Below are positions 40,983 through 50,885 of a DNA stretch of 64,000 bases, one piece after another. The first letter of the stretch is position 1. Every line of letters starts with the position of its first letter. Both the position numbers and the translations under genes were made by a program. Under the pieces are notes generated by a model. The model saw nothing but the letters and a program-made list of their open reading frames with translations. It ran no database searches and had not been told where the DNA came from. Origin of the DNA: Saccharofermentanales bacterium (GTDB lineage: Bacteria; Bacillota; Clostridia; Saccharofermentanales; DTU023); NCBI GenBank assembly GCA_050951845.1, contig JBMNJV010000002.1, forward strand, positions 73,447 to 137,446, read 5' to 3'.

Positions 40983-42128
40983 TTATACGGCATATTTATC
41001 AAGTGCTGTTTTGATAATTCTAACTAAATCACAAATTTCCGCCTGAGAATTACTTTTATCTAAACTAATTCGTAAAACATATTGATCAAGACCCTGAGGC
41101 AGATTAATTTGCCGGAGGACCCGGCTGCGCTCGGATTTCTTGCTTGAGCAGGCAGAACCGATCGATACTTGCATGCCTTCTTTCGCTAAAATATTGAGCA
41201 ATGTTTCGGCACGTAATTCAGGAAAAGCAATTGAGATAATATGAGGTACCGCTTCATCCGGTGAAATCACCTGATGTTTGATTTTCTCCAGTTTTAATTG
41301 TTCAAGCAAAAACAACTTAAGATCAGCAACTAACCGATTATCCTGTTCAAAATTTTTGTGCATACGTTCAATCACATATGCCGTTGTCGCAATCAAAGCA
41401 GGATTCTCCGTACCGGAACGCAGATTATTCTGCTGTCCGCCACCATGTATTAACGGTTCAATCCGTGTATCTTTGTTCTTTAATAAAATACCGATACCTT
41501 TCGGGCCGCCAAGCTTATGCAGAGAAAATGAAGCCAGCTCAATCTCCGACTCGCTGAAATTAAAAGGAATCTTACCAAGGGTTTGTACCGCATCCAGATG
41601 TATCGGTAAATCAGGCTGATACTTATTACGTAATTTAACAATTTGTTCAAGCGGATTTACACTGCCCAATTCATTGTTCACATGAATCAAAGTCAGTAAA
41701 TCATATTGATTGATTGCCAAAAACGACTCCAACTGTACCAAATCAACTTCACCTTTGCCATTGAGCGGACAATAATCAATCGCATAGTCGAGTTGCCGGG
41801 CAATAAATTTCAGCGTTTCAGTAGTTGCCGGATGTTCGCCCGCACCGGTTAAGATTCTTTTGTGTTTCGGATTCGGGGCGAAAACAATACCTTTCAAAGC
41901 TGTATTAATCGATTCCGTCGCCCCTGAAGTAAAAATCACTTCTTGCGCTTCGGCGCCGAGAATTTCAGCAATTTTTTCAGTCGACTCCGCAATTGAAGCG
42001 GCTGCCTCAATACCTGAAGTATAGCGGGCAGCCGGATTATAATTATTCTGTAGCAATTGTTCAGCTAAAAAATCTATGACCTCCTGCTCAACAAACCTGG
42101 TAGCAGTATGATCAAAATAATTTTTCAT
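40983..42128 (-). CDS. iscS: Cysteine desulfurase (IscS/NifZ-like)
   Basis: YFDHTAT, FTSGATES, HLDAVQ, SLHKLGGPKG, SIGSACSS; adjacent to thiI. Confidence 0.9.
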   Translation of the reverse strand: MKNYFDHTATRFVEQEVIDFLAEQLLQNNYNPAARYTSGIEAAASIAESTEKIAEILGAEAQEVIFTSGATESINTALKGIVFAPNPKHKRILTGAGEHPATTETLKFIARQLDYAIDYCPLNGKGEVDLVQLESFLAINQYDLLTLIHVNNELGSVNPLEQIVKLRNKYQPDLPIHLDAVQTLGKIPFNFSESEIELASFSLHKLGGPKGIGILLKNKDTRIEPLIHGGGQQNNLRSGTENPALIATTAYVIERMHKNFEQDNRLVADLKLFLLEQLKLEKIKHQVISPDEAVPHIISIAFPELRAETLLNILAKEGMQVSIGSACSSKKSERSRVLRQINLPQGLDQYVLRISLDKSNSQAEICDLVRIIKTALDKYAV

Positions 42129-42131
42129 GTT

Positions 42132-42860
42132 TTAATTCATCTCCAATTGAACTAAATCCGGACGTAAAGCAACACGTAAAACTTCACAAACATGACCGCT
42201 GCGTGAGAATAAAGGTCCTTCTATCGCCAAGATGAATGTTCTGCGCGGAATGTTCAAGGCTTTTGCTTCTTTGTTTTTAGCAGGTCGTGCCAAAACATTT
42301 AAGCTGCCTTTTTGCGGAAGCATCGCATATTTATTGGATTTAATATCAACCATTCTTTTGCCGGCAGAGATACTTTGACCCAATTCAGGAAAAATCTGAA
42401 CAGGAACATATGATGAGCAGATTCCCAAAATCTCATGATCTATTTGGAGCGGCCATTCCACCAACCAATAGCCCGGATGCGGTTTTTCCGGAGGATACTT
42501 AAACATACGATCCAGTTCCGGATCCGGTTCCATCAGTTTTATCGGTTTTAATCCTACTCCTTCATAAGTATCAAAATTCAAAAATGAAAAAGTTAAGGCA
42601 TTGAAATGTTCAATCACAATTCTTTCGGGTTCTTTAGCAACAAAAGTTCCTTTGCCCTTTTCAATTACTAAAATTCCGTCTGCAACTAAATCTGCTATGG
42701 CTTGTCTAACTGTGGGACGACTTAGATCAAGTTCTTCACATAAAGTTAATTCGGAAGGAATTCGATCTCCCGGTTTATAGTGTCCGTCTTGAATTTGCTC
42801 AACTAACAATTCTCTGAGCTGTGCGTATAAAGGTATACTGCTATGTTTATCTAATCGCAT
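42132..42860 (-). CDS. GntR family regulator (HutC/UTRA-like)
   Basis: PLYAQL, PGDRIPSE..L...L.LSRPTVRQA, GKGTFV; the C-terminal domain is UTRA-sized. Confidence 0.88.
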   Translation of the reverse strand: MRLDKHSSIPLYAQLRELLVEQIQDGHYKPGDRIPSELTLCEELDLSRPTVRQAIADLVADGILVIEKGKGTFVAKEPERIVIEHFNALTFSFLNFDTYEGVGLKPIKLMEPDPELDRMFKYPPEKPHPGYWLVEWPLQIDHEILGICSSYVPVQIFPELGQSISAGKRMVDIKSNKYAMLPQKGSLNVLARPAKNKEAKALNIPRRTFILAIEGPLFSRSGHVCEVLRVALRPDLVQLEMN

Positions 42861-42935
42861 ATCAAAACTCCTTAATCATTTAGTTGTTGTTACATCTTAT
42901 CATAAAATTAATGGATTTATTCACAATTTGCAAGC

Positions 42936-42947
42936 TTGTAATTACAA
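42936..42947. promoter_or_regulatory. Candidate GntR operator palindrome TTGTAATTACAA
   Basis: Perfect 12-bp palindrome about 75 bp upstream of the GntR gene; fits the TGT-N-ACA pattern of GntR-family sites. Confidence 0.45.
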
Positions 42948-43124
42948 CGTAATAGAAACATCTGAAATACACAGAAATAGTAAGCCTGTTCTTGATATCT
43001 ATTCATAAATATTACTTCTTCAGCATCTCACAGAGATAATTCGGATAATATTTATTAATAAAGATTATTAAGCTGAAGATTATTTCTTAATGGATTCTTT
43101 TTCTGTAATAACCTTACAAATAAG

Positions 43125-44210
43125 TTAAAAATCATATAATTTGATTTTTTCGATTTGATTATTTGAATTAAGTTTGCAGGCTGCCAAAAGGAATATCATT
43201 TCCTCAAAATCTATCTTGCGGGATATTGCATAGTATTCAGCCAATTTTTTAATACGCCATTTCTTATCAGCATCCAGCGCTCCCATTGCTTTTTCCTCAT
43301 AATCTGAGCCTTGTCTGGACTTTACTTCAACAACACATAAACGCTTGTCTTTTTGTAAGATTAAGTCTATCTCACCAAACGGACGCAGCCAATAATTTTG
43401 TTCCAGAACTTGATAGCCGCTCTTAATCAGATTATTCGCTACTTGATTTTCAGCAGAATAACCTATATTTATTGACGATACACTGGTTCCAAGAACATCT
43501 AATTCTTGATTATTCTGTTTTCCAACACAATTCATATCTGCTTGTGATTTTGTTTTACCTAAACGCAATTTATGTAGAAAGCTTAAACGATGCAATTCAC
43601 AAATTCCGTGTTTTTCAATTGCGGCATAATGATCTGCCGTTGCATAACCTTTATGTTTGGCAAATTGATATTCCGGATAGATTTCATCCATTGCAACCAT
43701 AAAATCATCCCTGCTGACCTTTGCCAGAACAGACGCAGCAGCAATACTGTTTGAAATTGCATCACCGTGTTTAAGACTTCGCTGAGCCGGCAATCTCTCA
43801 TCTTGCAGACGTTCCGCATCTATTAACAGCAAATCGGGTTGCGGACTTAAGCCTAAAACAGCTTCAATCATACCTGTTTTAGTGGCACCCAGAATATTCT
43901 TGTTTTCAATCTCTTCCGGTGAAACAGAAACAATTTTATATGCTAAAGCTTGTTCCTTAATTACTTCGAATAAATAGTTTCTTCTTTTTTCAGTTAATTT
44001 TTTTGAGTCATTTAAACCATAAATCGGTTGCTGCGGATCCAGAATACAAGCTGCACAAAATACAGGACCTGCCAAAGGGCCTCTGCCCGCTTCATCAATA
44101 CCGGCGATAATCTGATAACCCTCATTATAAAATTTGTTTTCGATTTCCGACATTTGAGCAAAACGCTTATAATCTTGTTCTGTTAAGCGGAATTTATATT
44201 CTTTAGCCAT
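43125..44210 (-). CDS. rnhB: Ribonuclease HII fused to a C-terminal YraN (UPF0102) nuclease-like domain
   Basis: GIDEAGRGPLAGPV, LIDA, GDA..SIAAASVLAKVSRD, HRLSF; then G..AE....L...GY.VLEQN...GEIDLI...VEVKSR. Confidence 0.92.
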   Translation of the reverse strand: MAKEYKFRLTEQDYKRFAQMSEIENKFYNEGYQIIAGIDEAGRGPLAGPVFCAACILDPQQPIYGLNDSKKLTEKRRNYLFEVIKEQALAYKIVSVSPEEIENKNILGATKTGMIEAVLGLSPQPDLLLIDAERLQDERLPAQRSLKHGDAISNSIAAASVLAKVSRDDFMVAMDEIYPEYQFAKHKGYATADHYAAIEKHGICELHRLSFLHKLRLGKTKSQADMNCVGKQNNQELDVLGTSVSSINIGYSAENQVANNLIKSGYQVLEQNYWLRPFGEIDLILQKDKRLCVVEVKSRQGSDYEEKAMGALDADKKWRIKKLAEYYAISRKIDFEEMIFLLAACKLNSNNQIEKIKLYDF

Positions 44211-44299
44211 CTTAATTTCTGCTCATTAAACTTTTCTAAAAAACTAAATCTTTGTTCAAAAGTAATTATGATTATTGTATTTATTCCGTTTTTTCATTT

Positions 44300-45208
44300 T
44301 TATAATGAAGCAGGAAATACTATTGATTGATCGGGAATTTCCAAGCTGAAACGCCCCAGTTTCCCCTGACGATATTCTGTGAGTAATCTGCGGGCCGTTC
44401 TCTCTAAATCAGGAAGCCCGCCACTTTTAATGATGTTTAAGTGCAAAGCAATCTTTTCCAGCAGTTCATGGGAAGTCAGCCAAGTACTGTAATCAGCTGC
44501 ATTACTCAGTTTAATTTTATATAAATCCGTAAAATATTGCGGATATAGTTGTGCCAGAATTAAGACCAAGCCGCAAGCTACTTCAATTAAAGGCAGAACA
44601 TCATCTTTAATCGCGCCGCTGATGCCTAATTTAATTTGCTCGGCAACTGTTTCCAGTTTCGGCATCAGTATACCCGGTGTATCCAACAATTCAAATTTTG
44701 TTCCCGCCCGCAACCAATTTAAGGAACGAGTCACTCCGGGACGATTTGAAACTTGAGCAGATTTCTTACCGATCAAACTGTTGATCAAAGTGGATTTTCC
44801 GGTATTCGGAATACCGTTAATCATGATGCGAATCGGTTTAATACGGCGCCCTCTTGACTTTGCCCGATCAATAATATGTTGATTATCTTCCAAAGCTTTT
44901 GCTCTGATTTTATTTATTTCAGATTTATTCAAAGAGTTTACCGCCATCACGGAAACTAAATTATCCGTTTTTTGCTTTACAAAAAAATCAATCCATTTGG
45001 CAGTTTGTACCGGATCAGCCAAATCGCTCTTCGTCAGCAGTAACATATATTTCTTGTTCTGCAAAACTTTATTCAGTTGAGGATTACGGGAAGATAAAGG
45101 CAATCTCGCATCACACGTTTCAATGACATAGTCACAAGCTGAAACACTATTTTTCAATTGTTTCAGACTCTTAGCCATATGTCCGGGAAACCAGTTGATT
45201 TTTGCCAT
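44300..45208 (-). CDS. rbgA: Ribosome biogenesis GTPase RbgA (YlqF)
   Basis: INWFPGHMAK, DARLP.SSRNP, GIPNTGKS, LLDTPG. Confidence 0.96.
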   Translation of the reverse strand: MAKINWFPGHMAKSLKQLKNSVSACDYVIETCDARLPLSSRNPQLNKVLQNKKYMLLLTKSDLADPVQTAKWIDFFVKQKTDNLVSVMAVNSLNKSEINKIRAKALEDNQHIIDRAKSRGRRIKPIRIMINGIPNTGKSTLINSLIGKKSAQVSNRPGVTRSLNWLRAGTKFELLDTPGILMPKLETVAEQIKLGISGAIKDDVLPLIEVACGLVLILAQLYPQYFTDLYKIKLSNAADYSTWLTSHELLEKIALHLNIIKSGGLPDLERTARRLLTEYRQGKLGRFSLEIPDQSIVFPASL

Positions 45209-45232
45209 AATCCTCACCTTTCATTGTTTATT

Positions 45233-45268
45233 AAAAAACCGCTGCAACTTATTTGCTGAGCGGCTTTT
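45233..45268 (-). terminator. Terminator after rplS
   Basis: CCGCT...AGCGG stem flanked by A and T tracts. Confidence 0.55.
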
Positions 45269-45276
45269 GTTTATGA

Positions 45277-45654
45277 TTATTCTTTTTCGTACATAGCGCG
45301 TTCTTCTCTGCTCATAAGTCTTTCTCTGACTCTAGCAGCTTTACCGACCCGCTTGCGAATGTAATAAAGTTTAGCTCTGCGTACTCTACCTTTGCGTACA
45401 ATTTCAATTCTGGCAACGCGTGGTGAGTGTAACGGGAAAACACGTTCAATACCCACACCGTAAGAAATACGGCGTACTGTAATAGTTTCACTTAAACCGC
45501 TGCCTTTACGGGCAATAACAGTTCCTTCATAAATCTGAATACGTTCACGTGTTCCTTCTTTAATTTGGAGATGTACCTTAACATGATCACCGACTGAAAC
45601 ATGTTTATGAGCTTTTTTGATTTGTTGTTGTTCAACAGCTTTTATCAAGTCCAT
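45277..45654 (-). CDS. rplS: 50S ribosomal protein L19
   Basis: ATG 45654 after GAGGAGG; [19 protein letters not shown]. Confidence 0.97.
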   Translation of the reverse strand: MDLIKAVEQQQIKKAHKHVSVGDHVKVHLQIKEGTRERIQIYEGTVIARKGSGLSETITVRRISYGVGIERVFPLHSPRVARIEIVRKGRVRRAKLYYIRKRVGKAARVRERLMSREERAMYEKE

Positions 45655-45677
45655 ATTGCGTTCCTCCTCTCTTTGCA

Positions 45678-45710
45678 GGTGTTCTTGCACGCAATTGCAG
45701 CGGACCACCG
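45678..45710 (-). ncRNA. L19 leader (cis-regulatory RNA)
   Basis: CGGTGGTCCGCTGCAATTGCGTGCAAGAACACC just upstream of the rplS SD matches the Firmicute L19-leader pattern (CCGCT...AAGAAC). Confidence 0.75.
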
Positions 45711-45732
45711 ATATTTAACCTAAAAGATTGTA

Positions 45733-46605
45733 TCAATTGTTTTTCAAACTGTCAATTAAGAAAAGCCAATCTTGTTCCGATAATTTTTCGGACACATTAT
45801 TGTCCCGAGCTGCCGATTTCTTTTGTAAAAGATCCGGTCTTTTTTTATATGTTTCAAGTAAACTTTTGCTCTTCCGAAAGTTTTCAATGTTTGCTTGATG
45901 ACCGGATAGTAAAATATCCGGTACCTTTAAACCATGCCAATTTGCAGGTCTGGTATATTGCGGTTCTTCCAGCAGACCGGCGGAATGTGAATCAGCCTGA
46001 TGTGCTTCCTTATTGGGTAAAACTCCCGGAATCAAGCGACTGATTGCATCTATCATTACAACAAGTGCAGGTTCACCTCCGGTCAAAACAAAATCACCCA
46101 AAGATACTTCTTCTACTTGTAAAACATCCAGAATTCTTTGGTCAACACCCTCATAATGACCACAAAGAAAAACCAGATGTTCTTCTTGCGCAAGCTCTTG
46201 TGCCATTTGTTGATTAAAAATTTTACCTTTAGGACTGAGATAAATAATCCGATCTTGACTGACTTCTTTAATTTTTTGCTGCCAATCGCTGAGGCTTATC
46301 TCTTCTGCAGGCTGCTTTATTATTGATGATTCTGTCGATTCTGAAAGCTGTACCAGAAATTTTTGCGGATCCGTTTGATAGATACTGAGCCATGCTGCCA
46401 AAACAGGTTCCGGCATCATTAACATACCGGTACCTCCGCCATACAGCTTGTCATCGACTTGTCCGTAATTATTTACCGCAAAATCTCTGATATTAATCAG
46501 ATTGAGTTCAATCAATCGATCTGCAATTGCTCTGCCGGTAATGCTATAATTCAAACCTTGTGCAATTATTTCCGGAAATAATGTTAATACTGAAAATTTA
46601 TTCAT
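45733..46605 (-). CDS. trmD: tRNA (guanine-N1)-methyltransferase
   Basis: VLTLFPE, VDD..YGGG.GM, CGHYEGVDQR, SLGDFVLTGGE, LLEEPQYTRP. Confidence 0.96.
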   Translation of the reverse strand: MNKFSVLTLFPEIIAQGLNYSITGRAIADRLIELNLINIRDFAVNNYGQVDDKLYGGGTGMLMMPEPVLAAWLSIYQTDPQKFLVQLSESTESSIIKQPAEEISLSDWQQKIKEVSQDRIIYLSPKGKIFNQQMAQELAQEEHLVFLCGHYEGVDQRILDVLQVEEVSLGDFVLTGGEPALVVMIDAISRLIPGVLPNKEAHQADSHSAGLLEEPQYTRPANWHGLKVPDILLSGHQANIENFRKSKSLLETYKKRPDLLQKKSAARDNNVSEKLSEQDWLFLIDSLKNN

Positions 46606-46629
46606 AGATGATCATAAAATCTTCCGTGG

Positions 46630-47163
46630 TTATCGGTAAATTTCGTATAGACCCGGCGGTAAAACAACGTCTATTCTACGTTTATCAAGCTCAATCCGTT
46701 GCACCACGCTCCGCAAATTCGGATACAGTAAATCTTTTTCACCTGATTTTCGTACAATTGCCACATCATGGGCAGAGCTCTTTTGAATTTGAGAAATATT
46801 TCCGAGATAACCGTGGTTTTGATCGTACACTTCACAACCGATTAAATCCGCCACAAAATATTCATCTTCTGCCAGGTCAATCGCTTCCGAACGTGCCACA
46901 CTGATAAATTGATTTTTCAGTTTTTCAGCAAGATCACGTGTATCATAATTTTTGAATGTAATACTTACTTGATCATGCACAATCCTGCATTTATCAATTT
47001 GAAGTTCAGCCAGGATATTTTCCCGGTGATCTTCCAGATAGCATAACTTTAAGTTACGGAAACGTTCAATATCATCGGTCAAAGGAAAAACTCGTAATTC
47101 ACCCTTTAAACCACGAGGTTTTCCTATACGTCCAATAACAAATCGTTCTGTTAAAATCGCCAT
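46630..47163 (-). CDS. rimM: Ribosome maturation factor RimM
   Basis: IGRIGKPRGLKGEL, EYFVADLIGC; conserved synteny. Confidence 0.95.
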   Translation of the reverse strand: MAILTERFVIGRIGKPRGLKGELRVFPLTDDIERFRNLKLCYLEDHRENILAELQIDKCRIVHDQVSITFKNYDTRDLAEKLKNQFISVARSEAIDLAEDEYFVADLIGCEVYDQNHGYLGNISQIQKSSAHDVAIVRKSGEKDLLYPNLRSVVQRIELDKRRIDVVLPPGLYEIYR

Positions 47164-47174
47164 AATTGTTAAGC

Positions 47175-47411
47175 TTATTCCGGGTCAACGATATCTACGA
47201 TAATTCGTTTGTTTTCCAGTTTTGCTTTGGCACGCATGACTGAACGGATCGCTTGAGCCCTGCGACCACGGCGTCCGATTATGCGTCCCATATCTTCAGG
47301 ATTAACTCTGACTTCTAAAACTACGGTATTACCCCGATCTATTTGATCAATGCGTACATCATCTATATTATCAACCAAAGGCTCTACTAATGTTTTTAAG
47401 AGATTTATCAT
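47175..47411 (-). CDS. khpA: KH-domain RNA-binding protein KhpA (YlqC)
   Basis: DMGRIIGRRGR..QAIR; lies between rpsP and rimM. Confidence 0.93.
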   Translation of the reverse strand: MINLLKTLVEPLVDNIDDVRIDQIDRGNTVVLEVRVNPEDMGRIIGRRGRRAQAIRSVMRAKAKLENKRIIVDIVDPE

Positions 47412-47414
47412 TTA

Positions 47415-47702
47415 TTATTCACCTGTTTTCTCTTTTGTGCCAGAAGCTTGTGTATTCGGCTCAGCTTGTTTAGCTTTGTTGATTAAAGCTCTGACTGTAT
47501 CGGTCGGTTGAGCACCGTTTTTCATCCATTGATCAACCTTTTCCAAATCGAGTCTGATATCTGCAGGCTCAACCAGCGGATTGTAAAAACCGATTTCTTC
47601 GATAAATCTGCCATCTCTGGGTGATCTTGAATCTGCAACAACCACACGATAAGAAGGTTGTTTTTTTGCTCCGATACGTTTTAAACGAATTTTTACTGCC
47701 AT
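47415..47702 (-). CDS. rpsP: 30S ribosomal protein S16
   Basis: [27 protein letters not shown]. Confidence 0.98.
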   Translation of the reverse strand: MAVKIRLKRIGAKKQPSYRVVVADSRSPRDGRFIEEIGFYNPLVEPADIRLDLEKVDQWMKNGAQPTDTVRALINKAKQAEPNTQASGTKEKTGE

Positions 47703-47740
47703 TGTATTTCCTCCATATATACAATATTTGTTTTTTATTT

Positions 47741-49093
47741 TTAGAACGGAAGATCTCCGCCGCCGAATTGTTGCATCATGCGACGTTGTTTACCTCTTCC
47801 CATTCGAGTAAACTGTTTCATCATCTTTTGCATTTCATTGTATTGCTTGATTAATTGATTGACATCCGAAACCTGAACGCCGCTGCCTGCGGCAATTCTT
47901 TTGCGACGACTGGCATTCAGTATTTTCGGCATTGCCCGTTCTTTAGGCGTCATCGATTTTATGATTGCGGCAGTCCTCTGCATTCTTTTATCATCTACTG
48001 AATCTGTATCTATTTTTTTACCTACACCGGGCAACATCGATAAAATACTCTGTATACCGCCCATTTTATTCATTTGCTCAAATTGTTCAAGCATATCATC
48101 CAGCGTAAATTGATTCTTGCGCATTCTTTCATATGCTTCCTGGGCTTTTTTCTCATCTATTGCAGCACTGGCTTTTTCGATCAGAGTCAAAACATCACCC
48201 ATGCCGAGAATTCTTGAAGCCATGCGCTCCGGATGAAATTCTTCCAATGCGTCAAGCTTTTCACCGGTAGCAATCATTTTGATAGGTTTACCGGTCATAT
48301 GTCTGATTGAGAGAGCTGCACCTCCTCGCGCATCACCGTCAAGTTTGGTCATAATAAAACCGTCGATACCGATTTCTTTTTCAAATTCCAGAGCTATATT
48401 CACCGCTTCCTGACCGATCATTGCATCAACAATCAGCAGACGTTCTGTAGGTTTTACCGTTTCATTTATTTCTCTTAATTCCTGCATCAATTCAGGATCG
48501 ACCGTCATTCGACCTGCAGTATCCACAATCAGCGTATCACACATCAGATATTTGGCCCGTTCGATTGCGCTGCGAGCAATTCTGGGAGCCGCTTTTTCTT
48601 GCGGATTAATATGATAAGGAACATCGATTTGTTCTGCCAAAACAACCAATTGTTCTTGAGCTGCCGGACGATGTACGTCAACGGAAGTTAAAAAAGGTTT
48701 TTTGCCGTTGTTTTTCAAAAGACGAGCTAATTTAGCAGCAGTTGTGGTTTTTCCTGAACCTTGTAAACCATAAAGCATTATTACGGTAAAACCGTCAGGT
48801 GAAACTTCCAATTTGGTATTTTCTTTACCGAAAATATCGATCAAAGCTTCATGGACTACTTTAACTACCTGTTGACCCGGGGTTAAGCTTTCCATTACAT
48901 CGGCACCTTTTGCTTTGACAGAAATTTCATCTACCAGTTCTTTCACAACTTTGAAATGAACATCAGCTTCCAAAAGAGCCAGCCTTATTTCACGCATCAT
49001 ATCTTTGATATCTTTTTCCGTAACACGCATTTTACCTTGCATACGGTCGGTAATTGATTTTAATTTGTCAGATAAACTACTGAAAAGTGCCAT
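47741..49093 (-). CDS. ffh: Signal recognition particle protein Ffh
   Basis: [24 protein letters not shown], Met-rich M domain. Confidence 0.98.
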   Translation of the reverse strand: MALFSSLSDKLKSITDRMQGKMRVTEKDIKDMMREIRLALLEADVHFKVVKELVDEISVKAKGADVMESLTPGQQVVKVVHEALIDIFGKENTKLEVSPDGFTVIMLYGLQGSGKTTTAAKLARLLKNNGKKPFLTSVDVHRPAAQEQLVVLAEQIDVPYHINPQEKAAPRIARSAIERAKYLMCDTLIVDTAGRMTVDPELMQELREINETVKPTERLLIVDAMIGQEAVNIALEFEKEIGIDGFIMTKLDGDARGGAALSIRHMTGKPIKMIATGEKLDALEEFHPERMASRILGMGDVLTLIEKASAAIDEKKAQEAYERMRKNQFTLDDMLEQFEQMNKMGGIQSILSMLPGVGKKIDTDSVDDKRMQRTAAIIKSMTPKERAMPKILNASRRKRIAAGSGVQVSDVNQLIKQYNEMQKMMKQFTRMGRGKQRRMMQQFGGGDLPF

Positions 49094-49204
49094 ATATATC
49101 CTCTCGTTTTATAAAATCGTTCTTCCAAAGCTTCTGTGCTTATATATTTCTATACGTCTTCTATACGCTTTACAGAATAATAAATATTTATTCTGCTAAG
49201 CGTT

Positions 49205-49549
49205 TTATAAAATCATCGCTTTTAATTCTTCCAATTCACAAATAATCTCAGGTTCTTGATCAAATCCATAATTGCTTAAGATATGATCTACTTTACTTAC
49301 CAAACTCTGGTCTTTAAGAACCATACCCAGATTAGATTCATATTGTTTAAGTTGTTCAACAGCTTGCTGAATATTATCATGAACTGCTTGTCGGGAAATA
49401 TTCAGTGTTTCTGCAATCTCCGAAAGTGACATATCATCCTCTAATGACATGTTTAAGATTTGTTGTCTCCTAGGAGTCAACAAACTTCCGTAATAGTCTA
49501 AAAGAATGCATAAATAATTATGTTGTTTTACCAGCTTTTTTCCTGACAT
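49205..49549 (-). CDS. ylxM: YlxM family protein
   Basis: LLDYYGSLLT..Q, DMSLSEIAE...ISRQAVHD; lies upstream of ffh. Confidence 0.93.
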   Translation of the reverse strand: MSGKKLVKQHNYLCILLDYYGSLLTPRRQQILNMSLEDDMSLSEIAETLNISRQAVHDNIQQAVEQLKQYESNLGMVLKDQSLVSKVDHILSNYGFDQEPEIICELEELKAMIL

Positions 49550-49556
49550 AAATAAC

Positions 49557-49601
49557 AGAATATCAGTTTTAAAACATCTGTCAAGTTAAAAAGCTTGACA
49601 G
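49557..49601 (-). promoter_or_regulatory. SigA-type promoter of ylxM-ffh with its -35 inside the palindrome CTGTCAAG-N8-CTTGACAG
   Basis: Minus strand TTGACA (49584-49579), 16-nt spacer, TGaTATTCT; 7 nt from the ATG. Confidence 0.6.
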
Positions 49602-49612
49602 TCATATTAAGC

Positions 49613-49943
49613 TTGCACACTTTTTAAGTTTGTACAAAAATCCGGCCGTACAGCCTTAAATAATGTGCAAATTTTTAAAATAATCAGCTTTTCTACGTGA
49701 GATTCGCACACTTTTTAAGTTTGTACAGCTATTTAACGGTACGACCTTAAATAATGTGCAAATTTTTAAAATAATCAGCTTTTCTACGTGAGATTCGCAC
49801 ACTTTTTAAGTTTGTTCAAAAATCCGGCTGTACAACCTTAAATAGTGTGCAAGGATTTCAAAAAAATGACTTTTTCCATTTAATAAGTGACAACATAACA
49901 GCTTTTGTCAGAATCTTTTAGCATAAGTTACATCGTTGTCACC
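49613..49943 (-). repeat. Tandem array of 91-bp units (three 58-bp type-A hairpins plus a diverged fourth in register), homologous to 14188-14449 in reverse orientation
   Basis: Hairpins at 49613-49670, 49704-49761, 49795-49852 and 49886-49943; the first two 33-bp linkers are identical. Confidence 0.92.
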
Positions 49944-49955
49944 GTTACCTGATGA

Positions 49956-50885
49956 TTATTTTTTTAAAGATTCCGGATCCGGCAATAAGGAATCGACGAA
50001 TATTTCAGAGTCGAAATCTTGTAAATCATCTTCGCTTTCACCGAGTCCGGCAAGTTTAACTGAGAGATTTGTTTCTTTTACTACAGCCAGAGCAACCCCT
50101 CCTTTGGCATTTCCGTCAAGTTTTGTGATGATTAATCCTGTTACATCGGTAGCTTCGGCAAACGCATTCGCTTGGACTATTGCATTTTGACCGGTAGTCG
50201 CATCTATGACCAGCAAGGTCTCCAAATTTGCATCCGGTGCTTCCCGACCGATAATACGACGAATCTTAGCCAATTCATCCATCAGATTTTGTTTCGTATG
50301 TAAACGACCTGCCGTATCAATTATCAGAACATCAGTATTTCTTGCTTTTGCCGCATCTATCGCATCAAAAACTACAGCTGACGGATCTGAACCGATTTTG
50401 TGAGCAATAACTGATGTAGCAGTTCTTTCGCCCCATATTTTAATTTGTTCAATTGCGGCAGCTCTGAAGGTATCCGCCGCTGCCATTAAAACACGTTTGC
50501 CCTGATCACGATAACGTTTGGCTAACTTGCCGGAAGTAGTGGTTTTACCTGTACCGTTTACACCGACCATCAATAAAATATTTAATCGATTCGGATCTAA
50601 CTCCAAAGGTTGAACATCTTTTAACATATCCAGCATACCTTCCCGTAAAACATTCAGAACGGTTTCTACTGACGAATCGCCCGTGCGTTTAATATGTTCC
50701 CGGATACTATCTGTTAATTCAGTAGCACATTCAATACCGCAATCAGCCTGTACTAAAACCATTTCAAGCTCATCCAACATATCCTCGTCAAAATAACCTA
50801 AGTTGGCAGCTATTCTATTAAAACTTTCAGTAACGAAGTCACGGGTTTTTTGCAGACCCCGTTTAAATTTATCAAATATACTCAT
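49956..50885 (-). CDS. ftsY: SRP receptor FtsY
   Basis: GVNGTGKTT, DTFRAAA, DTAGRLH, TKLDGNAKGG. Confidence 0.97.
   Translation of the reverse strand: MSIFDKFKRGLQKTRDFVTESFNRIAANLGYFDEDMLDELEMVLVQADCGIECATELTDSIREHIKRTGDSSVETVLNVLREGMLDMLKDVQPLELDPNRLNILLMVGVNGTGKTTTSGKLAKRYRDQGKRVLMAAADTFRAAAIEQIKIWGERTATSVIAHKIGSDPSAVVFDAIDAAKARNTDVLIIDTAGRLHTKQNLMDELAKIRRIIGREAPDANLETLLVIDATTGQNAIVQANAFAEATDVTGLIITKLDGNAKGGVALAVVKETNLSVKLAGLGESEDDLQDFDSEIFVDSLLPDPESLKK

Noticed and set aside
42917-42925. DnaA box TTATTCACA
   Set aside because: A single copy in AT-rich DNA with no origin genes nearby.
45655-45708. N-terminal extensions in the ORF track for rplS (likewise rnc, glgP, acpP)
   Set aside because: Downstream ATGs have strong SD sequences, and the rplS extension overlaps the L19 leader.
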